Shown here one piece after another: positions 17,736-28,155 of a stretch of 64,000 nt of DNA (position 1 is its first letter; each line of letters opens with the position of its first letter). The stretch is taken from assembly GCA_045578385.1 (NCBI GenBank), contig JAZNKD010000038.1, positions 3,341 to 67,340 on the forward strand, read 5' to 3'. The DNA is from Eubacteriales bacterium (GTDB taxonomy: Bacteria > Bacillota > Clostridia > Oscillospirales > CAG-272). The position numbers were made by a program, and so were the translations under genes. Under the pieces are notes generated by a model. The model was not told the origin of the DNA. It did not search any database and saw nothing but the letters and a program-made list of their open reading frames with translations.

Positions 17736-19226
17736 ATGAAAAAATATATTATGTCTCTTGACCAAGGTACTACAAGCTCAAGATGTATACTTTTCACTAA
17801 AGACGGCAACATAGTCAGTATGGTTCAAAGAGAATTTCCGCAGATATTTCCGAAAGAGGGCTGGGTTGAGCACGATCCGTTAACTATCTGGTCAACGCAG
17901 ATAAGCGTCGCAACCGAGGCTCTCTATAAAATCGGCGCATCCTGGGACGAGATATACGGAATAGGTATAACGAATCAGCGAGAAACAACTATCGTATGGG
18001 ACAAAATCACAGGTGAGCCCATATATAACGCTATCGTTTGGCAGTGCAGAAGAACTGCCGACTATTGCAAAACACTTGAGGAAAGCGGATACAGCGAGCT
18101 TGTAAAAGAAAAAACAGGGCTTCTTATAGACCCCTATTTTTCTGCTACAAAAATAAAATGGATACTTGATAACGTTGACGGCGCCAGAGAAAGAGCAAAC
18201 CGAGGAGAGCTTGCTTTCGGAACTGTCGATACCTGGCTCATCTGGAAGCTTACGGGCGGCGCGGTTCACGCTACCGATTACAGCAATGCGTCAAGAACGA
18301 TGTTATACAATATTAAAGATTTAGAATGGGATAACGAGCTTCTTGAAATAATGGGTATTCCCTCCTCTATGCTCCCCAACGTTAAACCGTCATCTTCCAT
18401 TTTCGGATATACCGATAAAAGCCTTATCGGTGCGTCTGTAGCTATCGGCGGAGTAGCGGGAGACCAGCAAGCAGCGCTCTTCGGTCAATGCTGCTTTGAT
18501 ACAGGTGAGCTTAAAAACACATACGGAACGGGTGCGTTTCTCCTTATGAACACCGGCAATACTCCTCATATCACGAATAACGGACTTTTAACAACTATAG
18601 CTTGGGGACTTGATGGCAAGGTTTACTATGCTCTTGAGGGATCGGTATTCACATGCGGAGCGGCAATACAGTGGCTAAGAGACGGTATGAAGCTTATAGA
18701 ATCCGCGCAAGACAGCGAATATTACGCTTCCAAGGTCAAGGATTCGGGCGGAGTTATGGTAGTTCCCGCATTTTCCGGACTTGGCGCACCCTGGTGGGAT
18801 CCTTATGCGAGAGGAATTATAATAGGTATAACGAGAGCCACTAATAAATATCATATAATACGCGCTACGCTTGAATCAATGGCTTATCAGACGTCCGACG
18901 TTATTGACCTTATGGAAAGAACCGTAGGCAGAAAAATCAGTAAGCTTAAAGTTGACGGCGGCGCGTCGTCGAATAATCTTCTTATGTCATTCCAATCGGA
19001 TATACTGGGAGTTGACATTGAGCGTCCCTCCTGCATTGAAACTACTGCTCTCGGAGCTGCATACCTTGCCGGTCTTTCTCTCGGAGTATACTCATCGATT
19101 GATGATATAAAGAAAAATATGAAGGCTGAAAAGATTTTTTCACCCGTAAAAGATGACGAATGGAGAAAAGAGAAAAACAAGATATGGAGACGCGCTGTTG
19201 AGCGCTCTCTGCTCTGGCAGGACTAA
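17736..19226 (+). CDS. glpK: Glycerol kinase
   Basis: [20 protein letters not shown]...[10 protein letters not shown]... is the FGGY kinase signature. The start is set to the ATG at 17736. Confidence 0.95.
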   Translation: MKKYIMSLDQGTTSSRCILFTKDGNIVSMVQREFPQIFPKEGWVEHDPLTIWSTQISVATEALYKIGASWDEIYGIGITNQRETTIVWDKITGEPIYNAIVWQCRRTADYCKTLEESGYSELVKEKTGLLIDPYFSATKIKWILDNVDGARERANRGELAFGTVDTWLIWKLTGGAVHATDYSNASRTMLYNIKDLEWDNELLEIMGIPSSMLPNVKPSSSIFGYTDKSLIGASVAIGGVAGDQQAALFGQCCFDTGELKNTYGTGAFLLMNTGNTPHITNNGLLTTIAWGLDGKVYYALEGSVFTCGAAIQWLRDGMKLIESAQDSEYYASKVKDSGGVMVVPAFSGLGAPWWDPYARGIIIGITRATNKYHIIRATLESMAYQTSDVIDLMERTVGRKISKLKVDGGASSNNLLMSFQSDILGVDIERPSCIETTALGAAYLAGLSLGVYSSIDDIKKNMKAEKIFSPVKDDEWRKEKNKIWRRAVERSLLWQD

Positions 19227-19235
19227 CAAAAACAA

Positions 19236-19278
19236 AGGCTGAGTCACCAAAAAGCTTAAGACTCAGCCTCTATTTTTT
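19236..19278 (+). terminator. Intrinsic terminator after glpK
   Basis: AGGCTGAGTC/GACTCAGCCT stem followed by a T-run. Confidence 0.75.
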
Positions 19279-19283
19279 AAAAG

Positions 19284-19580
19284 TTAAACTCCTGCTCCGG
19301 GATTAATGCTATTGATAATACCCGCGAAGTCCACAAGTCCTGCGAGCACAAGAACTGCAACAACTGCGCCAAGCACTAAAGCTATCAAGAATTCTACGAA
19401 ATACATTCTTGCAAAGCCGCGACGGCAGATATTCTTATCGCTTACAGCTCCCCAGATAAGACAAATCCATCCAATTACGGGAATTGCGTAAAGGATCGTA
19501 TGCCAGAAGTAACCCCACGCTCCCATAGGACGATATTTTTTGGGTAATCTGCGAATTTCAGCCTTTTCAAACTGTGTCAT
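19284..19580 (-). CDS. Small hypothetical membrane protein (2-3 TM)
   Basis: 98 aa with hydrophobic segments (ILYAIPVIGWICLIWGA, FLIALVLGAVVAVLVLAGLV). I recognise no family. Confidence 0.5.
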   Translation of the reverse strand: MTQFEKAEIRRLPKKYRPMGAWGYFWHTILYAIPVIGWICLIWGAVSDKNICRRGFARMYFVEFLIALVLGAVVAVLVLAGLVDFAGIINSINPGAGV

Positions 19581-19598
19581 AATAATTCCTCCCTGAAA

Positions 19599-20480
19599 TT
19601 ATATTTTATATTTTATATTTAAATTTTTGTTTTCAAATAAGTAATCCGAAAGCTTAACAAAGTATTCAGTGCTAAGTCTTTCACCGCGCACGTCGGAAGG
19701 GTATCCAAGCGAAGTTAAAGCCCGCGCTATAATCTCCTTATCAAATCCAAGCTTTGCAGAAAGAGCGTTTTGCAAAGTTTTCCTTCTCATTTCAAATGCT
19801 GCCTTGATAGTATTTCTGAAAAGCTTTTCGTCAAGCGGTTTAAAAATCGGCTCTTTATATAAGTCGATACGAACTACCGCACTGTCTACCTTCGGAGCAG
19901 GTAAAAAGCATCCCGCAGAAACCTTAAATAACTTTTTGGCAGTACCGTAAAACCCGAGAATTGCGGTTATTGCACCGTAATCCGAGCTTCCTGCTTTTGC
20001 CACAAGTCTCGATGCGACCTCATTTTGCACCATAACGGTAATTGAAGAAAATTTCACTCCCGATTCAAGCAAATACATCAATATCGGAGTTGTTATATAA
20101 TACGGAAGATTTGCACATACCGAAACCGGCATTCCGTCACCGTATTCGGAAACGAGATTGTGAATATCAATTTTCATTACATCCTCGTTTATAACGGTTA
20201 CGTTGTCAAACTCCGAAAGCGTCTTATCAAGAATAGGTATCAATCCCCTATCAATTTCTATTGCGACAACCTTGCGGTATCTTGAAGCCAATTCAGCGGT
20301 AAGACAGCCTATTCCCGGGCCGATTTCAATTATAAGACTTTCCTTTTCATCGGTGCACATATCTGCAATATCTTCGGGAATTATTCTGTTAATGAGAAAA
20401 TTCTGACCGTATTCTTTTCTGAACGTAATTCCCGCATCTGCCATCAGAGATTTGATAACAGAAATATTGCATAAATCCAT
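19599..20480 (-). CDS. rsmA: 16S rRNA (adenine1518/1519-N6)-dimethyltransferase
   Basis: KEYGQNFL near the N-terminus, IEIGPGIGCLT SAM motif and NLPYYITTPI. Confidence 0.95.
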   Translation of the reverse strand: MDLCNISVIKSLMADAGITFRKEYGQNFLINRIIPEDIADMCTDEKESLIIEIGPGIGCLTAELASRYRKVVAIEIDRGLIPILDKTLSEFDNVTVINEDVMKIDIHNLVSEYGDGMPVSVCANLPYYITTPILMYLLESGVKFSSITVMVQNEVASRLVAKAGSSDYGAITAILGFYGTAKKLFKVSAGCFLPAPKVDSAVVRIDLYKEPIFKPLDEKLFRNTIKAAFEMRRKTLQNALSAKLGFDKEIIARALTSLGYPSDVRGERLSTEYFVKLSDYLFENKNLNIKYKI

Positions 20481-20509
20481 AAATACTCCAAAAAAAATTC
20501 AATTTACTA

Positions 20510-20538
20510 TTGACAAACTTAGAAGAAAATGATAAAAT
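20510..20538 (+). promoter_or_regulatory. Sigma-A promoter of tRNA-Thr
   Basis: TTGACA-N17-TAAAAT, about 10 nt upstream of the tRNA. Confidence 0.65.
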
Positions 20539-20547
20539 AAATGACGT

Positions 20548-20623
20548 GCTGGTGTGGCTCAGTTGGTAGAGCAGTTGATTCGTAATCAACAGGTCACCGG
20601 TTCAAGTCCGGTCACCAGCTCCA
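20548..20623 (+). tRNA. tRNA-Thr (anticodon CGT), CCA encoded
   Basis: Manual cloverleaf: acceptor GCTGGTG/CACCAGC, D arm GCTC..GAGC, anticodon stem GTTGA/TCAAC with loop TTCGTAA, T arm ACCGG TTCAAGT CCGGT. It is followed by a terminator hairpin. Confidence 0.9.
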
Positions 20624-20973
20624 TTAAAAGAGAGGAAGTAATTTCTCTCTTTTTTTATTTGCTTCAGTCTATGTATAATTCCGAATCAAGCAGTAATATA
20701 TCTGCGGTTTTACGTCTTAAAGCAAATAGAATTTATCGTAAATTAAATTTTACAAAAAATACTTCGTATAAATTATACAATATATATTTACAAAAATCAA
20801 GTAAGATATTAACAATTTTGAAAAATAATTACTTAAAATTTAAAGGGCAAAAATATCAGAACGAAAAACTGATACTTCTGCCCTTTAAATTTCATTTGTT
20901 TTTATGGGTAATCAATACGTATTGTTTATTTTATTTTGGTTTATATTTATTTTCTCCGTTTATATTTGCTTGA

Positions 20974-23550
20974 TTATTTAAGTTTTTTTATTACACGTCT
21001 GAATACGTCAAACGGTATAACCGTCGATGCGAGAAGTATAACGTTAAGAAGTTCTCTGAACGTTAAAGGTACACTTCTGAATACGTCCCCGCCGAAATAT
21101 ATCATCACTATTTGCATTACCACTATTGCAGACATTATCAGCAAAAACGGCTTGTTTTTTGAGATATTCGAAAACAGTGACATTCTCTCGGAACGGGCAT
21201 TAAAGCAATTAAAAATACCTGCAAACACAAATAGCGCATAAAATCCCGTCATAAAGCACAAATCATTTTCAGCAGTTCTGAAAAGCGACTCAAAAAAGCC
21301 TACTTTCAGGAATAAAAAGCAAAGCAACAGCGTGTACCCGCCCGTTACTATAATTTGCTGAAGCATATCACGGGAGAGAATTTTTTCATTTCTCGGGTTT
21401 GGATTTTCCAGCATATAATAATCAAGCGGAGCTTCTCCGGCAAACGCAAGACCGCCGAGCGTATCCATTATAATGTTTATCCACAGCATTTGTATTATCG
21501 TAATAGGATTCTCAATGCCGATAAACTGACCGATAAGAGAGATTCCGCAAGCGGCAAGATTCATCATTAGTTGAAATACTATAAACTTTCTTATCGATTT
21601 AAATATTGTTCTGCCGTAAAGAACCGTTTTCGTTATTGCAGTGAAGCTGTTGTCAAGTATTATAATATCCCCTGCGCCCTTTGCTATATCGGTTCCGCTT
21701 CCCATCGCAAATCCAACGTCTGCAAGCTTTAACGAGGGTGCATCGTTAATACCGTCACCCGTCATTCCAACTACTGCGCCAAGCTCCTGTGCCAGTCTGA
21801 CAAGTCTGCTTTTATCTCTCGGCAATGCCCTCGCAACTACAGAAAGGTGCGGTATTATTTTCATAAGCTCCTCATCTGAGAGCAAATCCATTTCATCGTG
21901 AGTTATAACGCTTTCTTTTAACTCGATACGCAAAATACCGCACTCTTTTGCTATTGCAACCGCAGTTTCCTTGCCGTCGCCCGTTATCATAACCACTCGC
22001 ACACCGGCATTCTGAATTTTCAACACAGATTCTTTTACTCCGCTTCGAATTTTATCTTTGAGTATAGCAAATGCAATAAATATTTTTTCATTACCGCGCT
22101 TAGCAACGACCGCTATAACTCTTTCTCCCGAAGATGCAGTTTCTCTGTATTTTCTGTATATCGACGTACTGTCAAAATGAATTTGACTTCCGTTTTCACA
22201 GAGTGATTTAACGCAACCGGAAAGAACCACCTCAGGAGCGCCCCTTATTATCTCAACACCGCTTGCCATCGTTACCGAGGAATACTTCCTGTCGCTTGAA
22301 AATGGAGTTTTTGACGTTACAGCTCCGCAAGTGATGCTTTCTGAACCGAAATACTCGATAAAAGCTCTATCGGTACTGTTTCCGCCTGCCGAGCTGTAAA
22401 TACCTGAGCTTCCTTCTATAGCACTTATATAAAGACTTGTATAAACCTCTTTGTTCTTTTTTAGTTGATTTATGCTTTTGTATATTCCGTCGCAAGTTAT
22501 TACCCTTTCAAGTGTTGTTTTACCTGTAGTTAAAGTTCCTGTTTTATCGGTAAAAAGCATATTCATAGAGCCTGCGGTTTCTATACCTACAAGTTTTTTC
22601 ACCATAACCTTATCGTCTATCATACGCTTCATATTTGCCGACAGAACAACGGTTATCATCATTGGAAGCCCCTCGGGAACCGCAACGACTATTACCGTTA
22701 TCATAAGTGTCAGAGCATGCGTTAAGGTAGTTACACTGTATTTTATATCCTTAAACGATGCTACGATATTTTCGATATTATAGCCGTTTTCTACGACAAA
22801 TGCAAAGAAAAGGTAGGTTAATCCTACCAAAGCCGCCATAAAATAACCAAGACGGCTTATTTGAGTAGCCAGGTGCGAAAGCTTATGCTTCAAGGGGCTT
22901 TCGCGCGTCTCTATCTGCACGTCCTTTGCAACCATTCCGTAGTAGGTATCTTTGCCTACGTGGGTGACCTTTATTATTCCCTCACCGTCTGTTACAACCG
23001 AGCCTCGAAATACCTCTGTTTCCGAAGAAAAATCTCCTTTTTTACTCTTTCCTCCCTTGAATTTCAAAGCTTCTCTGCTCTCGCCGTTAAGTGCCGATTG
23101 ATCTACGTGTAATTTTCCGTATATAATTTCACCGTCTGCAGGAACAACCTCACCGCTTGATATATACACGATATCTCCGACAACTATTTCCGATATATGT
23201 ATTTCACGACGCTCTGTCCCTCGCAAAACTCTTACGGTTATATTACTGTTTTCAGCTTCCATTTTTGCAAAAGCCTTCTCGCTTCCGTATTCGGATACGG
23301 TAGAAACTGTTGTAGCAATCATAACCGCAGCAATTATTCCGCCAATCTCCCACCAATTACAAGAACCAAACGTAAATATTACTTCTATAACTACTGCAAT
23401 AAGCAGAACTTTGATTATTGGATCGGACAAGTTTTCGAAAAATTTACCTATAAACCCCTTCGTTTTTTCTTTAGTAAGCGAATTATCACCGCTTTTTTCA
23501 CGCGATAACAGTACTTCACTATCCGTCAACCCTCTGATTTCTTTCAGCAT
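20974..23550 (-). CDS. Calcium-translocating P-type ATPase (PMCA/SERCA-like)
   Basis: DKTGTLT phosphorylation site, MITGDGKETA and GDGINDAPSLKLADVGFAMG. The start is set to the ATG at 23550, after GGAGG. Confidence 0.9.
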   Translation of the reverse strand: MLKEIRGLTDSEVLLSREKSGDNSLTKEKTKGFIGKFFENLSDPIIKVLLIAVVIEVIFTFGSCNWWEIGGIIAAVMIATTVSTVSEYGSEKAFAKMEAENSNITVRVLRGTERREIHISEIVVGDIVYISSGEVVPADGEIIYGKLHVDQSALNGESREALKFKGGKSKKGDFSSETEVFRGSVVTDGEGIIKVTHVGKDTYYGMVAKDVQIETRESPLKHKLSHLATQISRLGYFMAALVGLTYLFFAFVVENGYNIENIVASFKDIKYSVTTLTHALTLMITVIVVAVPEGLPMMITVVLSANMKRMIDDKVMVKKLVGIETAGSMNMLFTDKTGTLTTGKTTLERVITCDGIYKSINQLKKNKEVYTSLYISAIEGSSGIYSSAGGNSTDRAFIEYFGSESITCGAVTSKTPFSSDRKYSSVTMASGVEIIRGAPEVVLSGCVKSLCENGSQIHFDSTSIYRKYRETASSGERVIAVVAKRGNEKIFIAFAILKDKIRSGVKESVLKIQNAGVRVVMITGDGKETAVAIAKECGILRIELKESVITHDEMDLLSDEELMKIIPHLSVVARALPRDKSRLVRLAQELGAVVGMTGDGINDAPSLKLADVGFAMGSGTDIAKGAGDIIILDNSFTAITKTVLYGRTIFKSIRKFIVFQLMMNLAACGISLIGQFIGIENPITIIQMLWINIIMDTLGGLAFAGEAPLDYYMLENPNPRNEKILSRDMLQQIIVTGGYTLLLCFLFLKVGFFESLFRTAENDLCFMTGFYALFVFAGIFNCFNARSERMSLFSNISKNKPFLLIMSAIVVMQIVMIYFGGDVFRSVPLTFRELLNVILLASTVIPFDVFRRVIKKLK

Positions 23551-23714
23551 TATTTCCTCCAAAAGCGTTTTTTAAATTATATGCTGAAATAATATTTAAA
23601 ATGAGATAATTTATACGACTTTTGCATTTAGGTATAATAAAGCAAAAAACGAGGTAGATTACAATTACTATCTCGTTTTTATTTAATTTTATTGAATTTT
23701 TGATGCAGGAGCGT

Positions 23715-24530
23715 CTATTCGGAAATTTCAAGCTTTTCTCTTTCAGAGTCAAGCACTTTAATCAGTTCTTTATCCTCTACTAAGGTTAACTTTTGGAAAT
23801 TTTTATCGGTATGTAAGACGTAATAATTAAATTTGCATACCCTGATGTCAACTAAGAACTCAATTTCTATAAACACTTCTCCGTTATGCGTTATCTGAGC
23901 TAATTGTTCGCATAGAAAATCTTCATCGCTATCGTTAGTTAATATAAGTCTTTGTTCCTTTAAGCTGTCCTTTTTGCTTATCACTATTTCGGAAGCTTTT
24001 GAAACTAACGTTTTTATCTTAAAAAGGTCTCTCATTTTCAGAACGTCTTCTCTGAAGAAATCTATTCCGAGCGCTTTTTCAAACTCTAAAATCTCGCGCT
24101 TTGCTTCGTATATAAAACGCTGCCCTGCATCAAGTCCAAGCTTTGCTATTATTTCTTTTTCAAGCTCTGAGTATTCGGCGATTGCAATAACCGAATCAAT
24201 ATGGTTCATAAGTCCGTCCTGCCAGCCGAATTCGATAAAGCTTTGTTTTCTCAGCCAAAGCTCTCTGAATTCTTTAATGAGTCTTAAAAGCATTGTATCA
24301 GAACCAACTATTATTTCCGCATTTGACTTTAGCTTACCCGTATTTTTATCTATAAGACGCTCTACGTCTGAGCAAAGAGAATCCCTCTTTTTCAGTTCCT
24401 CGTTTACACGCTTCCGCAACTCCTCGTAATCCTTGGAAACGGCTTCGTATTTATCACTCATTTCCACCGTCATCAAGCATTTTTTTAAAGCGTCCGAATA
24501 TTTTTTTCTAAAGCTTTCACATAAAGACAT
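23715..24530 (-). CDS. Hypothetical protein, Glu/Lys-rich and probably helical
   Basis: The ORF is trimmed to the ATG at 24530, 5 nt after GGAGG. The annotated TTG at 24554 lies inside a terminator stem. I recognise no family. Confidence 0.55.
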   Translation of the reverse strand: MSLCESFRKKYSDALKKCLMTVEMSDKYEAVSKDYEELRKRVNEELKKRDSLCSDVERLIDKNTGKLKSNAEIIVGSDTMLLRLIKEFRELWLRKQSFIEFGWQDGLMNHIDSVIAIAEYSELEKEIIAKLGLDAGQRFIYEAKREILEFEKALGIDFFREDVLKMRDLFKIKTLVSKASEIVISKKDSLKEQRLILTNDSDEDFLCEQLAQITHNGEVFIEIEFLVDIRVCKFNYYVLHTDKNFQKLTLVEDKELIKVLDSEREKLEISE

Positions 24531-24540
24531 CAGAACCTCC

Positions 24541-24588
24541 AAAAAACGCAACAAACGGCATTCAAGTCAACTAACCTGCCTTTGTTGC
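24541..24588 (-). terminator. Intrinsic terminator abutting the RBS of the downstream gene
   Basis: On the minus strand, GCAACAAAGGCA...TGCCGTTTGTTGC forms a ~12-bp stem followed by GTTTTTT and then GGAGG. Confidence 0.75.
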
Positions 24589-24620
24589 GCTTTCTATTTG
24601 TTTTGAAAAATCTAAGTAAA

Positions 24621-24821
24621 CCCGCATAGGCCGTGTACGGCAAAAGTTTAACCCTGTTCGTACAGGTGGGTGCCCTCTCGGTTACTTTGCGCTTCCAACG
24701 TCCGTTAAAAAGAGGTTATAAAAACAGTCTTTTTACGGGAGGCCTGCATCCCGATAACCGAAGCCCGGGCTCCCCGGCAATGTGTGTAGGTCCAAATATG
24801 CCATATCACGCACCCCGCAGG
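24621..24821 (-). ncRNA. ssrS: Candidate 6S RNA (ssrS), about 200 nt
   Basis: This is a 280-nt GC-rich non-coding gap. On the minus strand the ends pair with G-U pairs: CCUGCG..GG..AUGGCA with UGCCGU..CC..CGCGGG-like. The internal hairpin CACCUGUACGAACAGGGUU resembles the E. coli 6S element CACCUUGAACCAAGGGUU in the 3' side of the central bubble. Confidence 0.5.
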
Positions 24822-24834
24822 AAATTATTTGAAA

Positions 24835-25134
24835 TTATTCTTCGTCGTAATCAACTTCGCTGAATAAAAGATCGTTGAAATAATCCTCTACCTTATCAAA
24901 CACGTCATCATCCTCTATAGTTTCAAGAATTACGTTCTCGCCGTCCTCACGGTATTCAAGAATAACGTATTCATCGCTCTCCTCGTTAGCGGGAACAAGC
25001 GCAAAATAGTTCTTACCGTCAACCGAGCCCTGAGCTATTACCTCAAAATCTTTTTCCTCATTAGTTTCCTCATCGGTAAGAGTTATGATCCAAGGTTCAT
25101 TTTCATCTACGTTTAAGTTTTTATTTTCTTCCAT
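24835..25134 (-). CDS. DUF1292 family small acidic protein
   Basis: 99 aa with the pattern EEKDFEVIAQGSVDGKNYFALVP...EYVILEY. Confidence 0.75.
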   Translation of the reverse strand: MEENKNLNVDENEPWIITLTDEETNEEKDFEVIAQGSVDGKNYFALVPANEESDEYVILEYREDGENVILETIEDDDVFDKVEDYFNDLLFSEVDYDEE

Positions 25135-25203
25135 CGTTTGTCTCCATTCTATGTAGTTCTGAATTTATTATAATCAAGCCCCCGTTTTTTGTCAAGAGGA
25201 AAT

Positions 25204-26325
25204 TCAAAGCAGTTCAGCCAAAATTGTATTGCTTATATAAAATCCCTTTCCCGTAAAGGAAAGTCTTCCGTCAGAAATTTTCATAAATCCTGCGGAAATA
25301 TAAGTTTGCAGCAATTTCTCTTTACCTTTGGCAAATTTTTCACCAAATAAAACTCCGTATTCCCGAAGTGATATTCCCTCGGAAAGTCTTAAACCAAGCA
25401 TTGCATACTCGAATTTATCAATACCTACGGTCTCGTTTTCTTCTTTACGGTATTTTGCGCCAAAGCCGTCAAAGTATTCATCAAAGTTATCTGTATTAAA
25501 GTACCGTTTTCCGTTAAAATATGAATGCGCCGCAAGTCCTACTCCGATATACTCCTCATCGCGCCAATATTTCAAATTATGCTTTGACTTAGAGTCTACT
25601 TTGGCATAATTCGAAATTTCGTAATGCTCATAGCCTGAATCCGTGAGCATTTTTTCAATCATAAGATACATACCGTACTCAGCATCTTCATCAGGCAAAA
25701 GAAGCAGATTTTTGTTTTTGTAAAAAGGCGTACCTTCTTCAATTATAAGCCCGTATGCAGATATATGGCTTGGTGAAAGCGAAATTATTTTTTCGAGAGT
25801 TTGTTTTAAACTTTCTTCCGTCTGCTCTGGTATTCCATACATCAAATCGATGTTAATATTATCAATTCCTGCGCTGCGTACCATACTGTAAGTGTTCTCG
25901 AAATCTTCGTACGTATGAATTCTGCCCAGAATTTTCATTTCATTTTCGTGAATTGATTGCAATCCGATGCTTATGCGGTTTACTCCTGATTTGACAAATA
26001 CATCAAGTTTTTCATAAGTTACCGTAGCAGGATTTACCTCTACTGAAAATTCTGATTTTTCTGCTATATCAAAGCTTTCGTGTATGGCATCTGATATTTT
26101 CTTAAAAAGCTCCGCGCTTAACACCGACGGAGTGCCGCCGCCAAAAAAGACGGTATCTATTTTAGTTCTCGGTGTTTTTTTGTAGCTTTGTATTTCGGAA
26201 ATCAAACTATCGGCATATTTAAGAATCTTTTTTTCGTCGTAAGATACCGAACAGAAATCGCAATAATTGCACTTTCTTAAACAAAAAGGAATATGAACGT
26301 AAAGTCCTATAGGCTTAGTTTCCAT
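25204..26325 (-). CDS. hemW: Radical SAM heme chaperone HemW (coproporphyrinogen III oxidase-like)
   Basis: Contains the [11 protein letters not shown] radical-SAM cluster motif. It lies downstream of and overlaps lepA, the classic lepA-hemW pairing. Confidence 0.88.
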   Translation of the reverse strand: METKPIGLYVHIPFCLRKCNYCDFCSVSYDEKKILKYADSLISEIQSYKKTPRTKIDTVFFGGGTPSVLSAELFKKISDAIHESFDIAEKSEFSVEVNPATVTYEKLDVFVKSGVNRISIGLQSIHENEMKILGRIHTYEDFENTYSMVRSAGIDNINIDLMYGIPEQTEESLKQTLEKIISLSPSHISAYGLIIEEGTPFYKNKNLLLLPDEDAEYGMYLMIEKMLTDSGYEHYEISNYAKVDSKSKHNLKYWRDEEYIGVGLAAHSYFNGKRYFNTDNFDEYFDGFGAKYRKEENETVGIDKFEYAMLGLRLSEGISLREYGVLFGEKFAKGKEKLLQTYISAGFMKISDGRLSFTGKGFYISNTILAELL

Positions 26326-28129
26326 CGTCCAGCTTAAGAACTGCCATAAATGCTTCGGGCGTAACTTCTACGCTGCCGAGCTTACGCATTTTCTTTTTAC
26401 CCTCTTTCTGTTTTTCAAGAAGCTTTTTCTTTCTGGTAATATCACCGCCGTAACACTTTGCAAGAACGTCCTTACGCATTGCTTTAACGGTTTCTCTTGC
26501 GATAATCTTTGAGCCTATTGCCGCTTGAATCGGAATTTCAAAGAGCTGACGCGGAATATTTTCCTTAAGCTTCTCCGCTATTTTTCTTGCTCTTGAATAC
26601 GCCCTATCCTCGAACACGATAAACGAAAGAGCGTCTACAATCTCGCCGTTAAGCATAAAATCAAGCTTCACGAGCTTAGAGGGCTGATATGCTTTAAGCT
26701 CATAATCGAGAGACGCATATCCTTTTGATCTGCTCTTAAGAGCATCAAAGAAATCATAAATTATCTCGTTGAGGGGCATATCGTAATGAATCTCAACTCG
26801 CTCGGTGTCAATATATTTCATATCTATGAAATTGCCGCGTCTGTCCTGACAGAGATCCATAATACCGCCGATATATTCAGAGGGAGAAATTATAGATGCC
26901 TTCATAATCGGCTCGTACGCCGTATCTATCTCGTCGGGTGACGGGAATTTCGAGGGGTTATCTATAAGAATTTCCTCTCCGTTCTTAAGAAGAACTTTAT
27001 AAATTACAGACGGAGCGGTAGTTATTAAGTCGAGATTAAACTCACGTTCGAGTCTCTCCTCTATTATTTCCATATGCAGAAGCCCTAAGAATCCGCATCT
27101 GAATCCAAATCCGAGAGCTACGGAAGTTTCGGGTTCAAATATAAGCGCCGCGTCGTTAAGCTGGAGCTTTTCAAGTGCTTCTCTTAAATCACCGTATCTT
27201 GCTCCGTCGGCAGGATAAATACCCGAATATACCATAGGATGAACCTCGCGGAAGCCGTCAAGCGGCTCATTTGCGGGATTTTGAACGCTAGTAACCGTAT
27301 CTCCCACCTTAGTATCGCTGATAGTTTTTATAGCCGCAGTAAAATATCCAACGTCTCCTGCAGAAAGCGAATCGCACTTCTTAAGGCCGAAAGGCTGCAT
27401 AGTTCCAACCTCGCAAACGTCAAACTCAACGTTTGCAGACATAAGCTTAACCTTATCTCCGGCTTTGACAGTACCATCAAACAGGCGCATATATACTACA
27501 ACGCCAAGATATGGATCGTAGTGCGAATCGAAAATAAGTGCCTTGAGGGGAGCATTCGGATCTCCTTCGGGTGCGGGGATATCGGTAATTATCTTTTCGA
27601 GAACGTCCTCTATATTTATTCCGTTTTTAGCGGAAATTGCAGGACAGTCCTCCGCGGGAATGCCTATAATATCCTCTATCTCGCGTCTTGAGCCTTCGAT
27701 ATCCGCGCTTGCGAGGTCGATTTTATTTATTACCGGCAGAATTTCAAGATTATTATCTATAGCAAGATATGCATTTGCAAGAGTCTGAGCTTCAACTCCC
27801 TGAGTAGCGTCAACGACGAGTAAAGCGCCCTCGCACGCCTTCAGAGAACGTGAGACCTCATATCCAAAGTCTACGTGGCCGGGGGTATCTATTAAGTTAA
27901 ACTCATAACTGTCACCGGCTTTTGACGTGTAATTCAGCTTTACAGCGCGTGCCTTGATAGTAATTCCTCTTTCTCTTTCAAGGTCCATATTATCAAGAAG
28001 CTGCTCCTCCATATCACGCACTGCTACAGTACGCGTTTTTTCAAGGATTCTGTCTGCTAAAGTAGATTTACCGTGGGCGATATGAGCGATAATAGAAAAG
28101 TTTCTGATGTGATTTTGTTTTTCGGTCAC
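26315..28129 (-). CDS. lepA: Translation elongation factor 4
   Basis: 604 aa with [28 protein letters not shown] and a conserved LepA C-terminal domain. Confidence 0.97.
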   Translation of the reverse strand: MTEKQNHIRNFSIIAHIAHGKSTLADRILEKTRTVAVRDMEEQLLDNMDLERERGITIKARAVKLNYTSKAGDSYEFNLIDTPGHVDFGYEVSRSLKACEGALLVVDATQGVEAQTLANAYLAIDNNLEILPVINKIDLASADIEGSRREIEDIIGIPAEDCPAISAKNGINIEDVLEKIITDIPAPEGDPNAPLKALIFDSHYDPYLGVVVYMRLFDGTVKAGDKVKLMSANVEFDVCEVGTMQPFGLKKCDSLSAGDVGYFTAAIKTISDTKVGDTVTSVQNPANEPLDGFREVHPMVYSGIYPADGARYGDLREALEKLQLNDAALIFEPETSVALGFGFRCGFLGLLHMEIIEERLEREFNLDLITTAPSVIYKVLLKNGEEILIDNPSKFPSPDEIDTAYEPIMKASIISPSEYIGGIMDLCQDRRGNFIDMKYIDTERVEIHYDMPLNEIIYDFFDALKSRSKGYASLDYELKAYQPSKLVKLDFMLNGEIVDALSFIVFEDRAYSRARKIAEKLKENIPRQLFEIPIQAAIGSKIIARETVKAMRKDVLAKCYGGDITRKKKLLEKQKEGKKKMRKLGSVEVTPEAFMAVLKLDDGN

Positions 28130-28155
28130 TTTTTCATACCATTCCGTATATATAT

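Noticed and set aside
20554-20973. A 139-aa ORF, and the idea that the AT-rich 330 bp after tRNA-Thr marks a genomic-island junction.
   Set aside because: The ORF starts inside the tRNA and runs through AT-rich DNA (Lys/Asn/Tyr/Phe/Leu-rich). I found no repeat of the tRNA 3' end and no integrase. The next gene is an ordinary P-type ATPase with its own bidirectional terminator.
24633-24863. A 76-aa plus-strand ORF in the DUF1292/hypothetical gene spacer.
   Set aside because: It has a GTG start, no RBS and an Arg/Pro/Gly-rich translation. The region is better explained by a structured RNA on the opposite strand.
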